A DNA stretch of 59,999 nt, the filler included, from Sphacelaria rigidula (Eukaryota): NCBI GenBank assembly GCA_964200075.2. It is 2 parts of 2 records of this genome, joined end to end, with 100 filler letters (N's around TTAATTAATTAA, not from the genome) between each part and the next. Parts side by side here need not be neighbours in the genome. Positions count along the whole stretch, not along the records: positions 1 to 29,967 come from CAXNAA020000071.1; positions 30,068 to 59,999 come from CAXNAA020000072.1. The stretch is one strand, 5' to 3'. Under the pieces are notes generated by a model. That model was given only the letters and a program-made list of their open reading frames with translations. It did not search any database and was not told the origin of the DNA. The translations under genes and the position numbers were made by a program. This document shows positions 24,601-33,300 of this stretch, piece by piece. Position 1 is the stretch's first letter; the number at the start of each line of letters is the position of its first letter.

Positions 24601-27600
24601 GAGGGAAGTGCCATACATGTGAAGTCGTGAACGTAGCGCCGAAGTAGGTTTTCGTCGTCCATGGCCGTTCGCTCTTCCTCGTAGCTGCGATCGCTGCTGC
24701 CGCCGCTGCCGACCCGTGCACGTGACATCCTGTTGTGGAGGCACTCGTCTAGTCCGAGGAGGGCGAATTCTCGTTCTAGGGATTCCTCATCCACCGCAGC
24801 AGCAACTGCGGTGACGACCCCTCTTTCCCTTTTCCGCTCTTCCAACAGCCGGTAGATGAAGAAACTGAAAGGAAATCGGCTCCGCACGGGTGACTCCCCG
24901 GGCCCCGCCGAGCTGTCGATAACGGGAAAACGATGTTCACCTCGCAGCCCCAAGGTCAAGTCTATACCGGCGCTGCCCAAACGGTCAGGGCTGGCAGCCG
25001 CCAGAACTGGTCCCACTCCGTATTCGATACGGGTCGCACTGGGTGCCATTTCCAGAAACGAAACCTAATTGCCCATTGCGCAGACGGGATTAACACACGA
25101 TACGCGGAGGAGCGAGAATTGTTGCGGAGTGTGTGCCATCACGATATGTTCGTCACCTTGATGATTGCCACGTGGGCAACGGTAGACGCAAACGCTTCCT
25201 CCGGGAGTCATAAAGACCTACGCAAAGCGGCCTTTACCCAAAGTTCTCGTTTTCACGGGTGGAAAAAAAGCGCACTTTCGACTGCGAAGGGACGCGTTTG
25301 CCATATCTTCAGGGAACCCGATGATCCCCCAAATCTCCATAGGCGTGCCTTCTGTGCATGTGTTTTATGAGTAGGGGATCGCCATAATAGGATACCTGTT
25401 CTGTGACCCTAGAATAACAAAAGAGACTGCAGTACCTTGAAAAGCTTCATCCAGATGCCCAGGAGGTTTTCTTCTTGCAGTAAGCACAGCCCTGAGTTTC
25501 GATCCATGTGCGCGAGCACAGCAGAAAAGGCTTGCGTAACATTCTCCAGTACCTGTACATTGGATCAACGCGGGACAAGGCGGGGAACACGAGAGGGGAA
25601 TGCTGCGGTGACACCGTGCACTACAAGGCACGTCGATAACATCTTGTAGATTTTATTGCAAGCGGGGGTGAGAGGATGTGCACATTCTCTGCACAGTGTA
25701 AACCACTTCAACAATCTTCTTTTTCTCTAGCGGGATCGGAACCATGACTCCTACCGTGACGCTTTCATTTGCGTAGGGTTCGCCTAGTGCTCCTATGGTG
25801 AGCTGGTGAGGAGAGAGAACAGAGAAATCACAACACCGTTCTAAACAAAACATGGGTGCTACTGTGTATCCATACTTCAACTGTCCTGTGAGTTTAGTAC
25901 ACAGAATTATTTCCACGAGTCCTTACTCGTTTACATTTTGTTTTCTTCATTATTTGACGTCTTTCTAGTTGAAATCCATTCCTTCATTTCAACAGTTTCT
26001 GTTTCCACCATGCGAACGAACGCCAAAGTATATCGGTCGCCCCCCAAATGGCCGTCCGTAACCTTTTCCCGAAGGCAATGAACGGAAACTCGGTGGAACA
26101 AGGCAGAAGTACATCTAATGTTCCTCATCTTAGCCAGCTTCTTGTACAGGGAATAGCTACACCTCGTCCAGAACTACTTCGTTATGTTACCAGTTCTTTT
26201 TAGCATGAAAGTGTCAAAAATCGTCCAACTTCGGCAGCTTTGGGATTGGAGGTGACCAAAATCGACCAAAATTGAGTGCGTTTCCCCCCTAAACTGCGTA
26301 TATATTGCGTCTCATTTGTTCAACTGTTCTGAGCGCAATTTCGTTTATATTTGGAAAAATCCTGACATAGCACAGAAAGATCCCTCGTTCGAGAGAGATG
26401 ATATATGCCCCAATTCGGCCCCAACTTTCGAGGCAGACGAGGTGTGAAACGACTACCTCGACGATTATCCAACCCCCTTTCCATCCGTTTTAGATGCGCA
26501 CCGATGCACGGATCGCCCTGCGGAACGTTCCAGCCACCCGGAGTTGACGATCACTCGACGCAGCCAGAGAAACATCAGTCCCTCTCTCCGTCATTTCCGT
26601 GCGCACACCGACCATACTCTTCTTTCTCCTTTCCTGTTCTTCTTTTTCGGCGCGCTGTACTTCTCTATCCTCCCCTTTCTTCTCTTCCCATCCTGCATCG
26701 TAGTACTCTGCCTCAGGTTCGTTTTCTCCCTCGGTCTCCGTGCCCATGGTGCCGGCTAGCTCATCTCTTCTGAGTTGGTCGATAATTGACCCCCACGCAG
26801 TTTGTACAAAGCACGAGCCCATTTTACATGCCCCGGAACATGCGTCTAGGAGAAGCTCCAGCTGCCCGCGAACCTACCGATCAAGGTGAAATAAGGGACA
26901 ACGGTGGTGGGAGTTGCAGGAGCTTGAAGTGGTAATGAAGGCAGTACGCGCTCTACTTGTCACACCCTCACTTCGTCACTCTCACGAAGAATTTGCTCTG
27001 ACTGGAGGATACGTGAGACCACACGACCATCTTCCCAGGATATCTGCAGCACGTATTATTATAGAATCACTACTTCACAGAGGGCTTCGATATGTCGGTA
27101 CCGCAAAAGGGCTCGCGTTAACGAATAGATCTCTCTTTTTCTGCCAGACAAGCTTCGAGCGTACAATACCTCAGACATTTTCCGGCAACGGTTTCGTCCG
27201 TAGGCCAAGTGCGCAATCGAAGCCCGCAGCGTCGTCACCATTGTCTGCCGGAGGGTTGAACGCCGCAATAAGGAGACAAGCCATCAGAGGGAGACATGCG
27301 ACATACCCCATCGTTGAACCTAAACAAAGTTCGCGGACGCGCCGGATCCAACTAGGAGACAACCTGTTGAGGCTATAGACCTGCTTTCGACCCTTAACAC
27401 AACATTCAGTCCTTCTCAAATATGATATACAAGATGCACAGTGCTACACATGACCGTATATAACCCAGCTCTCAACTTCCGCAGGAGTTGGTATTGACAG
27501 GCGGCTAAAACGGTGCCAACATACGATCATTATGCTAACGCCTGACACATTTATGAGCAATGTGTCCATCCGTTTTTTCTCGCTCGATTACCTCTGAAGG

Positions 27601-29837
27601 ATTCAAACCACGGACTACGTCTAACACGCTTCTCCCCGCAGCATCGATAGCTGTCGGCAATCCCCTGTCCTGACTAGTCCCCGCTCGTCCATCTCCCACG
27701 CTATCAACAAACGCGCACCGCCACCTCGTGTCGAAAGCCATGTTGAATACGTCATCCCCACGAATAAGATGGAGCAGAAGGACAACGTGCGGTCCGCGGG
27801 TACGCAAAGGTTGCTGAGCATTGGCACCGCCAACGCTATGCCCTGTGTGAGCCGACTCGTTTGCGTGATGTTGCTCGAGTCCAGACCTTCATCATGGGAA
27901 GCGAAATGTATGACGGGGGGGAGTGTATTCATGATCTTGCATGCCGTAGTCGTGAGACCGAAACGCATGAGGGGGAGACCGGAGGGAGAAAAAGGCTTCG
28001 GCGACTTTTCATGTTTTACGGTAGTTGCTTGACATTTTGAGCGCACATGCTTTCGAGAGAACGAGCAAGCCAAAAGGATCGGGGAGGGTTGGGGGCCAGC
28101 ATAGTGTGAAGGTGTCCCCATGACGAACAACGGGTGAGCGAAGCGGACGGGCACACATCATACACGGTAGCGGTTCGAGGAAATTCGGTAATGTTATCGT
28201 GAGAAATGTTGCAGCGTGGTAAACGTAGATCTGCCACGCGGTGCAGACGGGATCTCACCGGGCGCTCTCGACGACGAACTTGACGTTCTCGACTATGCGA
28301 GCTGGCGAAGCTCGCAGATCGCACTGAAGCAGGAGCACCTCATCCTGCGAATCTCCGGAGAAAAAGTCGTGGACTTTCGCCCTAAGCTCTCGTTCCTACA
28401 GAGTACAAAAGAGTCAAGACGTGTGGACCCGTCGGTATTCCCATGGACCAGAGGTGGTGAATAAAAAAATGACATGAACCAACCAGGCGTCGAGCACAGC
28501 CGACGTTTCCTACTCAAGATCAATGACTATTATTAGCATGAATTCTTTACATGCCGTCGCGGGTTGAACTTTCATGGGCATCGATCAGACATCGGCCCCG
28601 TCCGGCTTTTTTCTGTTGCGATCTCAACGCAATATCGGAACTCTGAGGTATGACTAAGCGATCACTCATTGTCTGTTAAACGTCTTCGAAGATACCTTGA
28701 GCTTCGGACCACGGCTAGTATTTTGCTTGTGGGGCCTTCCAATGTGTTCGTATCAGGCATGGGTTCACCTGAGACAGCTCGTGGATGGCAAGATGCCGAA
28801 CTCGCCATCCCCCGCCGGCGGAGTTCCGAAGATCCCGGGCCGCCTTGTCGCCCTCGAGCGGGGCGTACGTCAGAACTAATGCGCACGTCCCCTCTCCTTC
28901 GACCGTTGGACCTTCGCTGCCTGTTTTTCCTTCATTCCCCAGCGCGCTCAGCTCATGAATCGCGAAGTCCTCCAGTGAGCCGTATGCGTTGTCCCGATAA
29001 TACGCTGTCGGAGTAAGGTGGAAGGAGAACGAAACTGACGATTGGCCCTTCTCGGAGCGGGCTGAGCAAGGTATTTCCGATGTTTCGAGCTTCGTGATTT
29101 TCCCGCTATGTACGCCGCAGTGGCTGATCAAGGTTTGTGCGTCTTCCGTAGACTCTACAACACACTGCTTCAGGGATGTTTTTTTTCCCTTCCACTCAGC
29201 CGAAATTAACGAAGCAGCCTACAGTAAAGGTATGGTAGATGCTGGAAAGCCTTCTTCTTTTCGTCGATAGCTAGTTTCAGTGTTTTTTATCCTTTCCTGT
29301 CCTCTTCCTTCTTGTTTTTTTTTCCTTTGTTCTGTCTCTTTTTCGAGAGTTCGAGTTTTTGTTATATATATATTCCGAGTTTCGTGTAGCGAGTGTTTCG
29401 CTTTGCGTATCGTGGGTGCACATATCCTCTTACCCCGGCTGAATCCCTTGGAGATTAGTTAATGTGCGACGATGCATCAACCCATCCACGTGTCAATCAA
29501 CGACAGCCCGATAACTCACCGCCAGCATCTTCTAGCTCGGCGCTAGCGATAGCAGTCCCGCCACTACCGCTTCTTCGCCGAGCAAGCCAGCACATGACTT
29601 CTGGGGTCGCCATCCGCACCAACCTTTTCATGCACTCCTGGTACAGCGCATTTTCTAGTGACGCCGCATCATCGATGAGTTTAGCTTCATGGCAGAATCT
29701 CTTGCCTTCGTCGACGGTGATAGGTACATCGAGGCAGCTCACACTGGAGGGGGCGATCTCCTCCGAAACAGCGAGCACGAGAGACGGCAGGAAGGCATCG
29801 CCGAACCCCGGAAATGTGCGGCGCATGTCGCCCAGTG
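6616..29837 (-). CDS. RNF213: RNF213/mysterin-like giant E3 ubiquitin ligase, C-terminal ~2,250 aa (hinge, E3 back/shell/core, RZ finger, CTD); 5'-truncated at the assembly gap; multi-exon
   Basis: Hand-spliced, phase-consistent exons 5'->3': 29837-29520, 29004-28769, 28395-28259, 27886-27592, 27244-27170, 26873-26502, 25552-25436, 25064-23229, 22936-22733, 22412-22368, 21014-20835, 20335-20206, 19725-19655, 19373-19214, 18993-18796, 18488-18448, 18103-18005, 17498-17376, 16883-16549, 16179-15975, 13120-12899, 12525-12430, 11600-11490, 11337-11209, 10432-10304, 9720-9655, 8959-8802, 8185-~7972, 7607-7371, 6846-~6616 (last boundary uncertain). Motifs occur in RNF213 order: LVRMATPEV, YYRDNAYGSLEDF, LLLQCD, AGTFRRAI, LAHMDRNSGLCLL..WMKLF, FPFSFFIYRLLE, RYVHDF, FFLRQV, AFLPTM, RZ finger, RLVMHLA, FSAAWR, FLLPSREDEG..LLYLAEEHN, YDFEKAE, LKHMVELW. 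The symbol means 'RNF213-like'; orthology is untested. Confidence 0.88.
8637..8763. mobile_element. Short, degenerate family M copy
   Basis: ctatggtagagatgtac ... tgcacccctaccgtag. Confidence 0.55.
9130..9374 (+). mobile_element. About 245-bp MITE (family M), TIR core CGGTAGGGGTGCAC flanked by TA, intronic
   Basis: atgctacagtaggggtgcac ... gtgcacccctaccgtagcat; internal sequence homologous to the copy at 11841-12078. Confidence 0.8.
10836..11032 (-). mobile_element. Family T copy 2 (opposite orientation), intronic
   Basis: aatgcgtgggaggaccgcgtgc..ccgcatcg / cgatgcggtc..gcacgcggtcctgccacgcatt; internal gttaggattaggagtagggttag. Confidence 0.75.
11841..12078 (-). mobile_element. Family M MITE copy (reverse orientation), intronic
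   Basis: cggtaggggtacgcaaatattttctgagg ... aaaagtgcacccctaccgtag; colinear with the reverse complement of 9130-9374. Confidence 0.8.
12200..12408 (+). mobile_element. Family T copy 3 with about 7 near-perfect CCCTAA units, intronic
   Basis: gaccgcgtacttttttgaccgcatcgga..aacacccc / gggatgtttaagctccaatgcggtccaaaacgtacgcag; (ccctaa)n at about 12316-12358. Confidence 0.8.
13499..14375. mobile_element. Nested foldback element (family F): two left arms then two inverted right arms
   Basis: Arm ccgatcatcaaaattgaggacagagcttttcattgaggatgacaacccgg.. starts at 13499 and again at about 13700. Inverted arms end at about 14130 and 14375. Central palindrome at about 13884-13946. Confidence 0.85.
17376..17498 (-). 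CDS. RZ-finger exon 2 (VCPKEGCKRTLGGTDHKPDQPNSINVKPPEARGYCLDTLDE)
   Basis: caccag|GTG acceptor, GAG|gtgatg donor, 123 nt. C-x4-C-x4-GG-x2-H followed by GY, like the RZ C-terminal half (human ..CIDCHAPIGGIDHKP). Confidence 0.88.
18005..18103 (-). CDS. RZ-finger exon 1 (MTAMGASHFFTYHQCGCGYIYAVTECGKPMEAK)
   Basis: aaagcag|ATG acceptor, AAG|gtgagc donor, 99 nt, phase 0-0. Matches the first half of the RZ consensus, including the E-C-G-x-P-M catalytic Cys motif. Confidence 0.88.
21656..22030 (-). mobile_element. Decayed 3' fragment of a non-LTR retrotransposon, in an RNF213-like intron
   Basis: Frameshifted EEHLEIFGKSKEKTGMKIYLHGAMYYVK / RKKRYTSG / ESRTHMMG..IYKEER..SSEKTIA; homologous to 34479-35270. 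Confidence 0.7.
23229..25064 (-). CDS. 1,836-nt internal exon of the RNF213-like gene (E3 shell region; corresponds to the 623-aa ORF)
   Basis: Acceptor caattag|GTT at 25064, donor GAG|gtgtgt at 23229, phase 0-0. Contains FPFSFFIYRLLE, LLRRYVHDF and WAKLRLMRRIVLEV; no C3HC4 RING pattern. Confidence 0.85.
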
Positions 29838-29905
29838 CTGCGATCAGAACAGGTAGAGGACATGCGCGGAACCAGCAGGGTGGTGGGCTGGGCGATGTAG
29901 AGCAT

Positions 29906-29967
29906 TGCTACGGTAGGGGTGCACTTTTTTCGCGAAATTTTGTCTGGTACAGGGGCTCCTCACGCTT
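29906..29967 (+). mobile_element. Family M copy cut by the assembly gap
   Basis: tgctacggtaggggtgcacttttttcgcgaaattttgtctggtacaggggctcc, then N run. Confidence 0.8.
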
Positions 29968-30067
29968 NNNNNNNNNNNNNNNNNNNNNNNNNNNNNNNNN
30001 NNNNNNNNNNNTTAATTAATTAANNNNNNNNNNNNNNNNNNNNNNNNNNNNNNNNNNNNNNNNNNNN
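29968..30067. other. Artificial scaffolding/concatenation spacer: 44 N + TTAATTAATTAA (stops in all six frames) + 44 N
   Basis: Exactly 100 nt and symmetric, with a six-frame-stop linker in the centre. Both flanking genes lose their 5' parts here. Confidence 0.97.
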
Positions 30068-30311
30068 AAGATTTTGCCTCCCAAAACCATGCACTTTTGG
30101 GGGGGGGGGGCTATCATATAAAGTGTCATCCAATGCTCGAAAGTAGATTGTGAGGTAGGTACCGGGGGATAGAAGAGTTGATCTGTTAACATTACAGACT
30201 CGTCCCAAGGTGAGGAGAGCAACAGGAAAATGACGAAGATACACATACCTACGCACGGTATTATTTGCATCATACGTGTTCCCCACCAATTATACTTGCG
30301 TGGAAGAACAG

Positions 30312-33300
30312 GATGGCAGAGGAGAAGCGTTGGTTAACATGCATCGTGAGCTGGAAAAGTGCGAGAGGGCCCTGAATGAGTACCTGGATATGAAGAAAAA
30401 CGTTTTCCCAAGGTTTGTGTACGTATCCGACATGGTTTCCTTCGCGTACTAGCAGAAGCAATGTCTGTAGACCATACTCAAATTTTCGTCACTGGGAGTC
30501 CTCATCTCTGGACTGGTGTATTTGGGCGCTTGTCGAGGTGAAGTCGCTTGGGTTCAGAACTTTCCTTCCTAGTGCGACTACTTCATATCCCGTTGAAAGG
30601 GATAGAAAAAGCACATTCAGCGTAAACGAGGATTTTTCGGGAGAACCCTGTACGCACAGTGCGGCCGTTTCATCGAGTGTATGGCTCACTAACTATCTAG
30701 CATTTCTCGCTGGTCAGCCGTTACCGAAATGTGTCAAAGTGCCTATTTCCTGCGGTGTACATCTTGGTATTACGACTACACACAGGGCACACCTTGTGTT
30801 TACTGCACGTCCACAAGGGTTTCAGCTTGGTCTGTTTTTACAGCTCTCGATACGGTTCAGATACACATTGCCCTTTCCCCCCCGCGCAGGTTTTACTTCG
30901 TATCAAATGCAGCTCTGCTGGACATTCTCTCCAACGGAAACGACCCGCCAAAGATCCAGGTAATGAAATGCACACCGCGGATGCTGCATGGCATTCCTTA
31001 GCGCGGTCGGTTCTGCAGCAGCTATTTGTACTGCTTGCGTGCTTCAGTATGATTCGCTGTTATTCGTAGGTGTTACGCTCCCCTTTTCACCCCAGCATGC
31101 TAATTTTTGTGGCCACAAGTCCGTGGAAATTTGTTCAAGGCGAACAACGGTTCCCTATATCACTGCCATGCGAACGACCAACCTCATCACCATCGCCGTG
31201 CCTCCCTCTCAGCCTCACCTCGGCTCAGTATTCGACGGGATTGGGTGTTTGGAATTCTCGCCGGTCGAAGAAACCGTGGAGTCTACGGCGCCTGCACTAG
31301 ATGGAGTGGGCGCACCAAATGATGCTGAAGCTCGCAAGAGGTATATATGTATATGTGTGTATACTGTTTTCATCGAAGGATATAAGATACGGTTGTGCAT
31401 CCTGGAGTGCTAGTTCGCATATTTGTGTTGTACTGAGCACGATCAAGTCGTATTTAATGCCGAGAGCTGACTGTCCAACTCGTGTAGAAGTCTTCTTGTG
31501 GGTCACCCTGAAGATATATCCACATTTCACGGTGAGCAACGGCTTTCACGCAACGAGCGCACAGCGGCTGAGTTGCATGCGCAGAGTAAGCCACATGTTG
31601 GCAGCTCAGCGCGCGTAACTCTTTCTAGGGCACGCTGACGGGGAGAGGGCATCCCGGCTTTGTATGCATATCTGCAACGGTAATAACGCCCTGCGTCGAA
31701 GTACCAGGTCTCTCGGCCAGCGAGAGAAGATCTGCCTGGGCGGCAAGCAACTCATGGAACAAATGAGGAACGGACAGGTTCACCTACTTGTCTACTTGGC
31801 TTCCTACGAACGTTCTGCCCATATGCATCGATTTTGCGGACCCATTCGCATACCTCACCTTCAATAGTTCACGGGAACCTGTCCAGTGCCAGAGATAATT
31901 TCGGGTCACATTCGCAAACCTGAGAAGGGGTCGATGCTGCCACCCCTTTGCGCTTCACGTTCACCGCTTTTGTTGTTTTGGAAACGAGTGAAATTTCCCA
32001 GGTTGTGTTCTGTAGGGTATACCCGGAAGTGTATGGAGGGGGGTTGCTTGGCACACAAAACAGCGTGTTGACATGTGTAGCGAACATTCCGGTATGGTTC
32101 GGGAGGATATCGAGCTCTGCTCCGAACACTCTCGTATGGTTCGGAAGGATATTAACCAATAAATTACCTGTTGAATACTTCTCTGCGTGATAACCGATCA
32201 TCGAAATTGAGGATAGAGCTTTTCATTGAAGATGATAACCCGAAAAATCATAATCTTCGCATCCGCACGAATTCTTAGAGGTATGGTTCCATTCCTTCAT
32301 CTGCTGGTGGCTATTGACAACTGCTACACGCCATACAAATTTGGATCGGATCGCGCAAATTCCGAATATTTCCTTCTTCACATAGGACCCCCACACTCCG
32401 ATCAAAGAAATTCAAACTTGTATGGCGTGTAGTGGTTGTCAATAGCGACCAACAGATGAAGGAATGGAACCATATCTCGAATAATTAGTGCGGATGCGAA
32501 GATTATATTTTCCAGGGTTATCATCTTCAATGAAAAGCTCCATCCTTAATTTCGATGATCGGCTGTTGAATGTCCGAATTTCAGCCGGTATACCGTACAG
32601 AACACTACTTCGATATTCTCTCCCCATCCGTATGTGTTTCTTCTGCACATGCACGTGTGGAAAGTGTGCATCTATGAAGCCTGGTACCGCCGTCTACGAC
32701 GCGCGCATAGCCTCAACACTGTACACGCCACAATTGATCGCACTGCAGTACTGATGTGAGCTTGCGTCGTTTTGGGCGGCGATGATAACGTCGGGAATTT
32801 GGACGCTCATGACGCAGGACGCGCTATTGGGAGTGTGAGCTTGGGAAAGTTCAAACACATGGGCATTGGGTTCGGAATGTTGGGAGAGTTGCAAAAGACA
32901 AGCGTAACCACAGTAAATTTTCTCACCCTGAGAGTGCCAATATGTGTTGAATGTGGGAACTATGTCCACTAGCATTATACTGGTGCTGGAACGCAGAAAG
33001 GCACGGCACTGTGGAGAAGCTAAAAAAACAATGCCGTGAGTGGAACGATTTCCCGGCTGTTTTTCGCCAATCGGTCCACGAGACCTTTTGCACGAACATT
33101 CGAGGCGCCATGAGATATATGAAAGGCATCTGAACCTGAATCTGAATCTGAATCTGAATCTAAATCTGAATCTGAAACACGAATAACTTGCGCTTTCAAC
33201 AACGCGTTTTCGCTTCATAAATAGTTGTGCGGTATGCACGCATGCGGAATGATCATGACGTGCGATCGCTAATGGTGACGCGCTGTTTTTAACGCTATAT

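Noticed and set aside
23178-25049. 623-aa ORF as a stand-alone intronless (viral or horizontally acquired) gene
   Set aside because: It has in-phase splice sites at both ends and continues the RNF213-like motif order of the flanking exons.
30012-30023. TTAATTAATTAA as a piggyBac target or biological palindrome
   Set aside because: It is centred between two equal 44-N runs, which marks a six-frame-stop linker.
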